Both the position numbers and the translations under genes were made by a program. A stretch of 64,000 nt of DNA from the human T2T-CHM13v2.0 reference genome, Homo sapiens, in the NCBI RefSeq assembly GCF_009914755.1, contig NC_060942.1; one strand, 5' to 3'. Positions 1-13,357 of the stretch are shown piece by piece (position 1 is the first letter of the stretch; each line of letters opens with the position of its first letter). Under the pieces are notes generated by a model, which saw only the letters and a list, made by a program, of their open reading frames with translations, had not been told where the DNA came from and ran no database searches.

Positions 1-539
1 TAAGTGCCAGGCACTTCCACATAATTATTTTTGTTCTAAGAAATATAATTAATCCTCAAGTGTATGCTGCATGGCTCGAAAAAAACAATTCTTTAAAATC
101 ATAGAGTTCCTCAAGGCCCAATAGACCTAAATCTTTCATTACAACATTGTAGCCTGAAGAGTGTAGCCTGCTTGCTTAAATGTGCAGGAGTTTGCCAAAC
201 CCCAGATGCTCAAGAGAACTCAATGAGCAATTGTTGATAATTATGAATCCATACACAAAAATGGATGAAGAGTTCACTTGGGTCATTTAATTTTCTCTTT
301 CTTTATAGATCCTGAGATCACTAAGCTTGAGTTGCTGTGGCCTTTCTTAAATTGTAGTCAACATTTGGATTACTAATTTGTGCCAACTTCACAGGGAGGT
401 ACAAGAAACGTCAAAGACCTGGGCCACGTCTGTGTTTCTCAAATATTCAGGGATGGACCACAGAGCAATTTTTACTATCAAACTCAGATAGCATTGTTCT
501 TTGGATGTAAATACAGGCAAATAGTTTTTGAGGCAGTAA

Positions 540-755
540 AGATTTAAGAGTAGGAAAGATACGGGTTTGAGTTACCCTATTTAGAGTTCAGAGACCTCAG
601 CAAGTCACTTCACCTCTCTGAGTTTCCATTTCCTAATCAGTAAAATTGAGATAATATTCCCTGTCTCCTACTGAGGGTTAAGTGACATAAACTAATAAAA
701 TACTCAGTTTAGTGCCTGGCAATAGTAAATATTCAACAAATATTTGTTACTTGTT
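540..755 (+). mobile_element. MIR/L2-type ancient repeat fragment
   Basis: MIR core-like text (gacctcagcaagtcacttcacctctctgagtttccatttcctaatcagtaaaattgagataata) followed by agtgcctggcaatagtaaatattcaacaaatatttg; recognised by eye. Confidence 0.6.
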
Positions 756-2050
756 TTTCCATTCTCCTAAATTAAATATCATCTTATACCTAGTCCTAAT
801 ATAGATAACTTGCAACAAATGCCAAAGGTTTAAGACATTATTTCAATGAAATAATTGTATTTATTAAAGTTTCATTTCTGTGATTTGGGGAAATGCTGTT
901 ATTTAAATATGGTTGAGGAAAATTTTAATCCAAACTGTGGCACCCAGGGCATTGTGAGATCATGACTTGAGCCCCTCTAGCCAGTATGGTTTAGGGATGA
1001 CTGTTACTTCCCATAATAAGGTAACCATGTAATCACATAATTCCCACTGATTTAAATAGTTATTTCCAAGATCTTGGGAAATAGGATCATTGGGCATTTC
1101 CAAGATCTTAGGAATAGTATCATTGTATTAATACAAACCTATCAGATGGATTTCAAGACCACTTGGACTCTAGCTCATACTTTTGCCTCCTTGTACCTTA
1201 TTTTCTACTAGGGAAGACTGCAGACATCCTTTCAGTGGTAGACACCCTACACAGATATAGGACACAATCATACATTTTAGTTCAAGAGACTCAGGGGTTG
1301 CTTATCTCCAGCCTTGTACTTACAGTTGCTAGGACCCTGACATCCTCTTTCACATGGTTGAAAATACTCCCCATAGATATTTTAATGGTTGTCTGTCAAG
1401 GCCAGGGACATCTAGAGAAGGCCACGTAGGTTATAGTAAGTTTTCACTTATCACTAGTTTATCACACCAGCTAGTTGACATCTTCCACTTCTGTGGGAGT
1501 GAGGCAGAGGTCAGTTTCTGGTTGGGGCCTGAATGTTGGGGGTTTGGGGTACAGCAAGAGAATGCTGATTAAGGAAGTGGGTATTATGTGATGTAGCCCT
1601 GGACTGTATGTCTATAGGAGCAGTGGGGATTTTGGAGGAGGAGATGAAAGTTTTGGACAGATTTTACCTACTCTACGGTTTTGTCTTACTTGCTCTGACT
1701 CATCTTCAAGAGCAGGTTGTTTGAGATTAAAGAGGTTGTCTCTATGGTAGATGCAAATGATTCTTGAAGTTCAGTAGGAGTTTGCTGAGCGGTTGCTAAC
1801 CTCTCAGGGTGTGTCCACAGATCAGGTGGTACTAATTCTGGCTTCTGAGTGATGTTTGATGAATCTAGTTGAAAAGTAAGGAAAACAACAACAGCAGCAG
1901 AAGCAAACCCCATCGCCATTCTTGTTTTTAGACCAGAATATGTTTGTAGTGGGTTCCTATACCTTTCTGAGCCTGAAAAACTTGACCTAACAGGTAATAG
2001 AAGCTTTTTATTATGTAAATCTTTGGTACCTAGTAAGTACTCCTTTCATG

Positions 2051-2348
2051 TTTCTTCTTCTTTTTTTTCGAGACAGAATCTTGCTCTGTTGTCCAGGCTG
2101 GAGTGCAGTGGCGCAATCTCAGCTCACAGCAACTCCACCTCCCGGGTTCTAGGGATTCTCCTGCCTCATCCTCCTGAATAGCTGGGATTACAGGCGCCCA
2201 CCACCATGCCTGGCTAATTCTTGTATTTTTAGTAGAGACGGGGTTTCACCATGTTGGCCAGGCTGGTCTGGAACCCCTAACCTCGTGATCCGCCCACCTT
2301 GGCCTCCCAAAATATTGGGATTACAGGCATGAGCCACCACGCCCGGCC
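2051..2348 (-). mobile_element. Alu (AluS-type), full length
   Basis: T-tail then gagacagaatcttgctctg...ggagtgcagtggcgcaatctc...gagccaccacgcccggcc. Confidence 0.95.
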
Positions 2349-3362
2349 TCGTATTTCTTAATGAATGAATCGAACTTAAGTTCTGGTGGTTGGGAATGTG
2401 TAAGAAGGTTGAATCCTGACTATGATATTCAATCAGATCTTTCAACCTTGACAATTTGATATGATTACCAGTTAGTCCACTGTCCTCCCATACAATTCTC
2501 ATGTGAACAAATATGGCACCCAATTACACTTAATGCCGAGTCTGAAATTATAGAAGAGCAGAGCTGAGAGCAGTCTTAGAGTTTCATTTATCCAACCCTT
2601 TAATTTTGCAGATAATGGAACAGAGGCATAGTTTTAATCCTTTTGAAAACATGTTAATCCAGATTCCCTCCTGACTGTAATGAATAGGTGCTGATATCTT
2701 TCACTGCTGACCCAGAGCCAGGATTTTAGAGATTAGTTTGCACAACACTATCTATAATAGAATATTTGTAACTCTGGTGTTTTCCCACCTCCCTTTATGT
2801 GTACCCTCCCACCTCTTGAACTTTCATCGCCAAAGGAATACATCTACAAGCTTAGAATTACAGAAATCCACATGTGCATGTGGGAAATAAACATATTTGG
2901 AGAAGGGGAGATTTTTTTCCATCCCTCATATTTTCCTAGATGTAAACTTTTTGAAATTTTGGGGCTGAGAAATAGGCATAGTTAAAGAGAATTACTGACT
3001 AAATGGGAATAGGTTGAATTCTTCAAGAATGTATATCATCTCCAGAGAACAAATCTGTTTTGTGAGGTAGTTTTGGGATGCACAAACACTGCTCTGGGTA
3101 GAGTTTGAAATCACAATGACACATCCTACTGCTTCCAGTCTTACTTGTCCTAGACTTGATTCTGGCTTGTTTTATGGCATGATTTTAAAAATTAATCCCT
3201 GTCACTCAACTCACAGGCCTTGTTGAAAAATTCCTCACCAATATTTTTAAATTAATGTGGCTTCACTGACAGTCTTAGAATCTAAAAATAAAGAACACAC
3301 TCATCAAAAGCAATTGTAAGGCTAGTAGCAATTGATAGTCTGTTTTATAAGGAGACAACACA

Positions 3363-3396
<34 letters not shown>

Positions 3397-4179
3397 AACA
3401 CCTAACAATTATCTGTGGGTACTTGTGGGGAGTTACTAAAGTTAAAGGGCCCTGAATTTGTCAGCTATGTCCTTGCTGCCTTATTGTATTATTTATCACA
3501 CAAAAGGACCAGATTTTCTGAATCTGAATTACTTAGTACTCATACAATTGTTTTATGAACTTTTCATGAACCGGCATGATATTGGCCAGCACAGAAAAGC
3601 TAGACTCTGCTGATACAGATTGTAGACTTGATTTCTGAGGCTTTAATCTAGTGGAACGTGGAAATAACCTGAAATTCACAAACTTTTTTTTCTTTTTTCC
3701 TGGTAGAAAGAATAGATGTTTAGGAGAAACCGGATCAAGCAGACTCCCTGGTAATTTGTACTCATTTCCATTCTAATATAGTTTCTCTGTAGCCGTCAGT
3801 ACTTGTTTTATGAGTTGCTTTTCCAGTAGTGGTGACACTTTGCAATAACACATTTGTCTTTGTGGCTTCTGGTATAATGATTGGGTGGAGGAGGAAGCTG
3901 TTTTCCTGTGATCGAACCTATTTGGAAATTGAAACTGCAGAACATGGTCTCATTCACAACACATTATGACCAACAAAAGAGTGCAGACCACAGGCACGTA
4001 TGCATGTGGAACACCCTTAGATTTACCATGAGCAGAGTAAATGTCTCAAAGGAAGAATATTTTTCTTAAAATATTTTAGATGAGAGATGGAAAGCAAAAT
4101 ATAGACAAACTATGCTCAGTCAGAATATTGCTAATGGTTTATGGATTTTTCAGAACAGTTTTCCAGGTTACCAACTAAT

Positions 4180-5250
4180 AAATATAGAGAGAATACTGGT
4201 TAGAAAATAACTTTTAAAACATTATGGTAGTCATTGATTCAAGCAAAAATCATTAGTGGATGCTAACATTTGAAAATGTTTGATGAGGGCAAGCATAGCT
4301 ACAGTCTCAAAATATCTTCCTCCTTCGTATTTATCCAATAAAAGGGGCAGTAATAACTTTACAATGGAGAAATCTACAAGACATCACCCAACCAAATGAT
4401 CAAAAGTAGAATGATCAAAGGTAGAATGGGAAAAAGGAACATGATATGCCTCCCGAGGTGATGCCCCGAGATAGCTCAGGCATTGTGCTTGCCAAAAATG
4501 CGTAACTCGAATCTAATCATGAGGAAACTTAAAAATAATACCCCAAACTAAGGGACATTTTATAAAATAACTGGCCCTTACCCGTCAAAATGTTAATTCC
4601 ATGAAAGTCAAAGAAAGGCACAGAAACTTCCCTAGATTAGAAGACAAAAAAGATATGACAACTAAATGCAATGTACAATCCTGGGTTGGATCCTGGACTG
4701 AGAAAACTGGACATAAAAGACATTTTTGGGATAACTGGTGACATTGGAATATGAACTATGAACTGTGGATTATGTTACATTTCCAGATTTCAGTACTTGT
4801 GCTATGGTTGGGTAAGAGCATGCCGTTTTCCTTAGGAAATGAATGACAAAATATTTAGAGCTAATAGACAGGATGTATGCAACTTATTCATCAGTAGTTC
4901 TGAATACATATATAAATATACACACACACATATATACACACATACACATGCATATATATATGTATTCATGACTATTGATGAATAAGTTACATAGATGTGT
5001 GTGTATATATATGTATTCAGAACTATTGAGGAATAAGTTGCTATATATGTGTGTATATATATTTTCTCTCTATGTAAAATATTTATATGTATTCAGAACA
5101 TATAAATATTGTATATATAGAGAGAATTGTAAAACAAATGAGACAAAATGTTAATAATTGGTAAATCTGGATAAATGGTATATATAGTTCTTTTAAGTAT
5201 TCCCACAACATTCTATACATTTGAAATTAATTACAAGCAAAAATAAAAAA
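4180..5250 (+). mobile_element. Old L1 (L1MC-like) 3' region with embedded TA/CA microsatellite
   Basis: L1MC 3' UTR-like motifs (gaatctaatcatgaggaaac, gacaactaaatgcaatg, ttggatcctggac) and A-rich end; subfamily by eye. Confidence 0.6.
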
Positions 5251-7261
5251 GAAACAGTTCTTTCAAAAAATTCATAAAGAAAAAGACAGACTTGATTTAA
5301 TAAAAATTAAAATCATACGTTTTGAAAGAAATAACCATATTTAAATGTCAAATGACAAAAATGGAAGAACATTTACAATAGGTACAGTTAATATTTATAA
5401 CAACAAAAGAGGATGTACGAATCAATAAGAAAATATAAATTACTCAATTTTAAAAATTATTAATGGATAGAAAGACACAGAAAAAGAAATAACCTACAAT
5501 TGCCAATGAATATGATTAGATGCTTAACTTATAACTAATAAAAAATGCAAAATAAAACAAGGTGATTCCACTTTTTGCCATTTTTGGCAAATTTATAGGA
5601 ATTGATATTAGAAGAAATTGTCTTTCTTATAGAGAGAAGATGACTTCCTTTTTTCTATTCTCATGAAAGAAGCACAGATTGACTAAAAATTCTTCTCTTT
5701 CCATTCCCCATCCATTTCACCCAATGAGGATTGGTTAGATTGGACAGAACGATGATCTCCATTGGTCTAAAATAACTAATCTCTTTGTTGAGAGCATTTG
5801 TGTGCTAGGTACTACATGGTGTATTTTATATACATAAATTATTTCATTCACCTATCACAATAATTTGTTTTACAAATAATAATAGTATTATTTTATAAAT
5901 GTTTTAACTTTATCACATATATAAACTAATTAGATGGTAAGAGAAGCAATGCCAATCAAAGGAGGAGTTGGTAATTCATATAGTGCTGGGAATATTGGCT
6001 GGGTATTTAGGGGAAACAATTTATTTAAATCCCTACCTCACATCGTAGACCAAAATAAATTCTTGGTAGACTAAAAATAAAAAGTTAAAAATAAAACCTA
6101 GAAGAAACTGAAGATGAATGATTATATACTCTTTGGAAGTGGAACAACTATGTAAATATAAAATAATTAAATATGTTATCAAGAGAAGATTAAATTTATC
6201 ACATGAAAACCTATGTTTATCAGAATCAACTAGTACATATCTACATCATGGACTGATTGCCAGCAATGGTTTGTTTGGAGACAGCTAGGGCCCTGTAAAG
6301 AAGTGGCCTGCAGAGATTGCAGGTTGGCACCAGGTGCACTCTGTGTCTCTCCTAATAAGCTACATGTTCCTCCAGGGAAGCTACTGTGTTCTTCTGACCT
6401 GTGTGTTTCTAGTTTCTTGCACTGCACCTAGTACACCTTGTGCATTGGGTTTTCTCTTTTGGTAAATTGAGTAAAGGAAAGAATGTATTCAGGTGTGGCC
6501 AGAGGAGAATGGTAGAAAAGCACAAAGGCATGTTCCTAGACTGATGACATACCAGGGGTAATGATAGAGTTGGAACAGTTTTATGCTTGAAAGATATTTG
6601 ATTTAATTCTACACCCATATTTCTACATTTGTTACGAGTGTGGATAAATTATATGAATATTCTTTCATGCCCAATAAATTGTTATTGGAAGCTTGGGAGA
6701 TGAAAACAAATCAGTAGAACTCTGACTTTCTAGGGAGGCAACTACAACAATCAAGCCCGAGTTTTAACACTACCTGAATGAAATCTTACCATACGGAATC
6801 CCTCTTGTTCATGGTTTGAAAAAACTCATAAAGGTTGTCACATTTATTAATTTACACTTAATGACTAATCTTCAGAAACCATTTAATTACTATTATTCAA
6901 AAATAACATTAAGTCTTTGCACTTGGAGATGAGGTTTAGAGCCTGAGGGAGCACATTTGGATCAGTTGAGAGTAGGTGGAACAGGTATGAGACTGTGGTG
7001 GGATGAAGGCTATGGATGAGGCTTTTCTAATATATAGGAGAAATTCCACCAGATGCAAATTTCGGATCTGTCTTATTCACTTCTAGATGCATCTACCATA
7101 GTATTTAATAGGTGCTCAATGATTATTTGTTGAATGACAACTGAGTGTAAAAATAACATGGAAATAAGATATGAAAGTATGGAAGAACTTTAGGCACCAG
7201 GACTTCTGCTGGAAGCCTTGATCTGTTGAAAGCAACATGTCTAGCACTTTTCCTAGAAAAC

Positions 7262-8040
7262 TACTTTATTAAAATATAATTCACATGCAATAAAATTCAC
7301 CCTTTTAAAGTGTGTAACTCAGTGATTTTAAATAAATTTACAGAGTTGTACAGCCATAACCACAATAAATTTTAGAACATTTTCATCATCCCTAAACAAA
7401 ACTCTCTATATTAGCAGTCCTCATTACCCTTCCCTCTAATCCTGGCAACCACAATAATCTACTTTCTCTCTTTATGGATTTGCCTATTCTGGATATTCAT
7501 GTAAATGAGATTGTAAAATATGTGGTCTTTTGTGACTTGCTTCTTTCACTTAGCATAATGTTTTCAAGGTTCATGTATGTTGTAGCATGTATTAATACTT
7601 CATATTTTTAAAGGCCAAATAATATTCCATTGTGTGAATATACTACATTTTGTTTATCCATTTGACAGTTGATGGATATTTGAGTTGTTTTTTCTTTTTG
7701 GCTATTATGATTAATATTGCTATGAACATTTGTGTACAAGCTTTTGTGTGGACATAGGTTTTCATTTATCTTAGGTTTATACCTATGAGTGGAATTGCTG
7801 GATCATATAGTAACTCAATGTTTAGCATTTTCAGGAACTGCCAGACTGTTTTCCAAAGTGGCTGCATCATTTTACATTTCCACCAGCTATATATGATGGT
7901 TCCAATTTTTCCACATCTTCACCAAGACTTGTTATTGTCTGTTTTTAAATTATAACCATCCCAGTGTGTATAAAGCGGTATCTCACTGTAGTTTTATTTT
8001 GCATTTCCCTAACAACTAATAATATTGGTCATTTAAAAAT
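7262..8040 (-). mobile_element. L1MB-like 3' end
   Basis: Antisense L1MB motifs: tataattcacatgcaataaaattcacccttttaaagtg...tttatggatttgcctattctgga...gagtggaattgctggatcatat...ccagactgttttccaaagtggctg. Confidence 0.85.
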
Positions 8041-9381
8041 GGTGGCTGGGAGTGGTGGCTCATGCCTGTAGTGAATTCTCCTTGAAAATTTCCCCTTTGT
8101 TTCTGGCCAATATTTAAATGATTGGGATCCACTTGGGATGGCTGAGACCACCAACCTTTCTCTCTATGAGAAGAGAATGAAGGTTCCTCCCTGACCAGGG
8201 TTATTTCCTCTCTCCAACACTGTTTTCCCTTTATGACCATGACTCTTCTTGAGGTCTCCAGTAGCTATCACTGGCAACCATAGCCAAGGCCCTCCCAAAG
8301 GCTCAGTCAGAATGGATAGGGGGTGTGAAAAAAGAAAGCATGGTCTCTATATTCCTGTCCAACTTTTCAGTAATTCTAAAAGTGTGCTAAAGAAAATAAA
8401 GTCTATTCCACTTCCCCATGTCCCCTGAAAAAACAGAAGCAAAAAGCACAAAATTTCCATACTTTTTCAGCAAAGCTGAATGAGCACCAGGAGGTGCTGC
8501 ATGTCCCAGTGATTTAATCCCTATTTCTCCAGAAGTAGGAAGAGAAGGTTCTAGATATATGATATAGGGATATGGGAGGATTGTTTCTTGGGTCTCGGTC
8601 AAGGAATTAATGTCTGTTCTCTCAATTTATCAATCTATTACCTCCACTCATCAGGTGCCCCCCACCCCACCCCGCCTGCTTTCAAAACAAAACAAAACAA
8701 AAGCAACAGCAAAATCTTGTCATTTTTTGTGGGCACGTACACCAATGTCTGGCATGGTGGGGTTTGTCTAAAATGAGTTATATTCCCCAAGCACACTGGG
8801 AGGTATGATATGGGGCCATTACCCTCCCAGAAACCCTCCTGATAGAAGGGAGAACCAGCTGGGCATTATTTCCATGTATGTTGTTTCTTTTAGATTCCAT
8901 TTTGTGCACAACTTTTACAAAATAAATTAAGTTTTTGAGGGTGGTCTTCTTTCTAAGTTTTTCAATGGTGTGTCCTATAGAAGTCATTGCTGGGTGCCAC
9001 TGGAGACACTTAGTACGTGGACATAGAGAATTGCAATTGGGTGCTAGAGTCACAGGGAAAATAACACAAGAAAGGTAGGCTCCAACTTGTCTTTGGTTTT
9101 CCCCTAAGAATACTGAGAAAATTAGGTGGTTACACCCTGTTTCCACTCCATGGTGAGAGACTAGCTTGAAGGATGCTTAAAACTTGGCTCAAAAGAATTG
9201 TAGAATGTCTAAATAGTCACTTGTCTGATTGTGCAAATGAGTGATTTATGTTAGAGGAGTTGTACAAAATGCTGATCTTTTTCTTTCCTCTCCTGAAGAG
9301 AGTGGAGGTTGGTTACTAGGTTTTAGGAGAGGAAAATGGGATGAAAAACAAAATAGTGCAAAGGCAGTACATTCCATGCAT

Positions 9382-9812
9382 TGCTGATGGGATCTCCCTG
9401 GAGTACAATTCAACACGATGCATTCCAGCTTAAAAATGTTCATGCATTTTTATCCTGTAATTCGACACCTAGATATTCTATGCTAAGGAAATCATCTGAG
9501 ATTCAGATAAACTCTTAAAATCCCACTGCTGATGGGATCTCCCTGAAGAACAATTTGATACAATGCATTCCAGCTTAAAAATGCTCATGCATTTTCTCCA
9601 GTAATTCAGGACCTAGATATTCTATGGCAAGGAAGTAATCTGAGATTCAGACAAACTGTTAAATCCCACTGCTGGTGGGATTTCTCTGGAGTAAAATTCA
9701 ACATGATGCATTCAAACTTAAAAATGTTAATGCATTTTTATCCAGTAATTTAACACCTTGATATTCTATGCTCAGGAGATCATCTGATATTCAGATAAAT
9801 GTGTTAAAACCA
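9382..9812. repeat. Three-copy diverged tandem repeat, ~144 bp unit
   Basis: Units start tgctg(a/g)tgggat at 9382, 9527, 9670 and share cttaaaaatg, gatattctatg, atctga(g/t)attcaga. Confidence 0.9.
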
Positions 9813-11446
9813 GATATTTTTAATAAAACTTTGTATATAAATTAGAAATCACTTAAATGTTTAATTAATAGGAGAATGGATGTCATTAACATAGTCACTC
9901 AAATAATTCTTATGATTGGAATTTTAAAATATGAAGAAGAAATATCTAGGTTTAAGTATTAAATGTTAAAAGGACACAAAATTACAAATTAGTATGAGCT
10001 CAGCTATGTATAAAGTGTGTGTAGAGAAAAGGAAATTGTGGATTTTGATGGGCTTACAAATTATCTTTACTTTTCTTTACGTTTTCAGTATTTTTAATAT
10101 TGAAACATTTTCTCAAATGACATGTACTATTTAAAATTCATTTGCACTCAACTACCCCAAATTTTCTACCATCTCCCTAATTCAAAACTTTTATTGCTTT
10201 GACAATTATATTCTCAATTATACGATTATTCTGTGGGTTAAAGCTGGTTCATGGGAACCCAATTTCATGCTTGCAAGTTGCATGCCACTCGTTCCCTCAG
10301 ATCCTCTTATTACCTGGTTTATAGGTTAGGCATTCACAACTTTAACACCCACAGCACCATAGGGCTTTCTCATATAGTGGGGTAGGGTCTTCATTTTTAA
10401 TATAATTGCAGACAGTGTGTGCTCCCCAAGTTATGATCCTCACTCAATCATGATGCAGGATGGGTTTTTGTAGATTTTGAGTGTACTGTCCTAAAGTTAC
10501 ACTTAGAGACAGGACCCTCAAGAGGAGGAGGCTTTTTGTGGAAATCCAAGGGCATGGCTTTGCTTTAAGACTGCAAATTGAACTAAATGCCCTCAAAATA
10601 TCTCAGAAAACCTCCAAGCATGCATTATTTTTCTTAACCAAATATGAACCACGTTTTGAAAAAGAGCTGATGTTGTTCTATGATGATAGGTAATATCTAG
10701 TGAGTTTTGCAGGTGAATGAAGTCTTCTGAGGTATTTGTACTGAGAGAAGTAGAGGGAGAAAGAGACAAGGAAATGGGATGGGGTGGGACAGAGGCAAAT
10801 GGGGATGGAGGAGATGAGGAAGACAGAGGTGAAGAGAAGGAACAGAGACAGAAGGGAAGAGGGGAGAGACACCTTTTGTTTATTTGCTAGGTACAGTCTG
10901 AGATGCCAGAAGAAAAAATAACTGGTGAGGATGCTCAGGAAATTATCCTAGACAGCTGTGGAGTTGCAGTCATGATAGAGTAGCTAATAACAGTTGATAA
11001 TACCTGAAAAGTCTAGCTTCACACTTGACTGAGAACCTCACAGTTTTGTCACTACTCAATTTATTTGATGGTGTGCATTGGGATAGGCGATGAAAAATAT
11101 TCCGCTTGGGTTTTGTGTATTCTGTTATAAATTATGAACTCATGTGTTACACAGTGGCTGGAGGGCTCTGTAAGTTGTTTAGGGAGAATAAGGGACAGAG
11201 ATATGACACTTCCTCTTTACTAAGGCTCTAACCCCTAACCTGTGTTTTTCCCACTGTTCCCCTCTAAAGGAGAGGCCCTCATGGTGGAACGGTTTGTTCT
11301 AAAGGAGTGATAATGTAGAGATAATCACTTTAACTTAAAATTCATTGAATTGATGGCCATAAATGCATGTCTTATTTTCCCCTTCATATGTTAATTGTCC
11401 TGATTCACAAACCTGTATTTAAAGTGACAGAATAGCTTGCTCAATG

Positions 11447-11569
11447 CCTCTCCTTATAAGTTTTCACAGGCTGTAGGACTTGCCTGGTTCCTCCTCTGCT
11501 AGATTGATTTTTGAATTGACTTTATCAGAGCACAGACCTTAGCTGGGGACAGCCCTCACTGGCTTCCAG
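11447..11569 (+). other. SERPINB12: Candidate non-coding exon 1 of SERPINB12 (5' boundary approximate)
   Basis: Strong donor CAG|GTATGT at 11569/11570; TATA-like TATTTAAA at 11417 and AP-1-like TGATTCA at 11401. The ATG exon begins at an acceptor (25235) and clade-B serpins have a non-coding exon 1. Linkage to SERPINB12 is inferred. Confidence 0.5.
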
Positions 11570-11714
11570 GTATGTGCTGGGAGGTGGACAAGCTATTGTT
11601 GGTAGAGATGCCTCTGGGGGCTAGTTGTCCTGGTAGTGAAGCTATATGTGTTGCAGGTCTTCATTCTTGGGATCAGAGAGTCAGGGAGGTGCTAACGTTA
11701 TTTTGCTACTTTCT

Positions 11715-12112
11715 TTTTTAAAAACTTTTATTTTAGGTCAGGGTGTATGTGTGCAGGTTTGTTATATAGGTAAATTGCATGCCAGTGGGGTTTGGTGTAC
11801 AGATTATTTTGTCACCCAGGTAATAAGCACAGTACCCAAGAGGTAGTTTTTCGATTCTTACCCTTCTCCCATCCTTCACCCTCAAGTAGGTCCCAGTATC
11901 TGTTATTCCTTTTTTATGTCCATATGTTCTCAATGTTTAGCTCCCACTTATAAGTTAGAACATGTGGTATTTGTTTTTCTGTTCCTGTGTTAGTTCCCTT
12001 AGGATAATAGCCTCCAGCTCCATCCATGTTGCTGCAAAGGACATGATCTTGTTCTTTTTAATGGCTGCACAGTATTCCATGCTGTGTATGTACCACATTT
12101 TCTTTATTTAGA
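11715..12112 (-). mobile_element. Primate L1 (L1PA/PB) 5'-truncated 3' end
   Basis: gtgcaggtttgttatataggtaaa...tccatccatgttgctgcaaaggacatg; TSD TGCTACTTTCT at 11704 and 12119. Confidence 0.9.
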
Positions 12113-12646
12113 TCATGCTGCTACTTTCTAGCATTATGATTATGAGCAACTTAAGGCCTTCTCCAAGTCCTTGTTTTCTTATTTGTCATATTGGGATAGT
12201 AATGTCTCTCTTCCTGACTTATTAGGAATGAATGAGATAATGGGTATGTAAGGGCCTGTTACATATCAGGTCCTTGAAAAATGTTTATTGTATCTAAATG
12301 CAGGTCATCTAGTTGGACTGTAAGCTCCTATTGCATGAGGCATCATAAGTGCAGGGACAATGGCAGTCCCCTTTACTAAAGGCTCTAACCCTAACCTGTG
12401 CCTTTCCCACTGATCCCTTTGAAAGGAGAGACCCTCGTAGTGGAATGCTTCATTTTGAAGGAGTGATAATGTAGAGATAATCACTTTAATTTAAAGTTCA
12501 TTGAGTTGATGTATATGCAGTGCCTGACACATTATAGGCACTTGATACATAATTGTTCAACAAATGAATGTCTAGGCTGTTATTTTACTGTAATACTGAA
12601 GGGCATTAGGGTTTTGCTTGGGGTTAAGATCTAATCAAAACATACA

Positions 12647-12994
12647 TTTTATTTATTTATTTTTATTTTTATTTATTTATTTTTTTTATTGAGACAGAGT
12701 CTCACTCTGTTGCCCAGGCTGGAGTGCAGTGGCGTGATCTTGGCTTACAGCAACACCTCTGTCTCCCCAGTTCAAGTGATTCTCCTGCCTCAGCCTCCTG
12801 AGGCAGGGATTATAGCCTCCTGTAGCTGGGCTTACAGGCGTGCGCCACGACACCAGGCTAATTTTTGTATTTTTAGTAGAGATGAGGTTTTGCCATGTTG
12901 GCCAGGCTGGTCTTGAACTCCTGACCTCAAGTGATCTGCTGGTGTCAGCCTCCTAATGTGCTGGGTTTACAGGTGTGAGCCACTGCGCCCGGGC
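12647..12994 (-). mobile_element. Alu (AluS-type) with (TTTA)n tail and small internal duplication
   Basis: Antisense Alu; TSD-like aaaacatacattt / aaaatgtacattt. Confidence 0.95.
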
Positions 12995-13132
12995 AAAATG
13001 TACATTTTAGATTTAAGAAAATATGTTTCTTGTTAGCATATTACAATATTTATTGTATGTAAATAGAGGTTATATATCTAGGATATAAAAACTTCAAAGG
13101 TTTTAAAAACCATGGTATTTCATCATTTAAAG

Positions 13133-13357
13133 CAGGGATCAGCAAACTTTTCAGTAAGGGGACAGATAGTAAATATTTGCAGCTTTGCAGGCCATGTGAT
13201 TTCTTCTCCACTACCACTGTTCAACTCTGTCATTGTAGAGCAAAAGCAGCCATAGACAGTAATAAATGAATGGATGTGTTTCGTTCCAATAAAACTTTAT
13301 TTACAAAAACAGGCAGAGGGCTGGATTTGGCCTGCAGGCTGTAGTTTGTAAGCCATG
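13133..13357 (+). mobile_element. MER58A-like hAT non-autonomous DNA transposon
   Basis: cagggatcagcaaactttt...aaagcagccatagaca...ccaataaaactttatttacaaaaacaggc...gctgtagtttg. Confidence 0.8.

Noticed and set aside
11225-11242. ctaacccctaacc telomere-like text
   Set aside because: Only two imperfect units; not an interstitial telomeric array.
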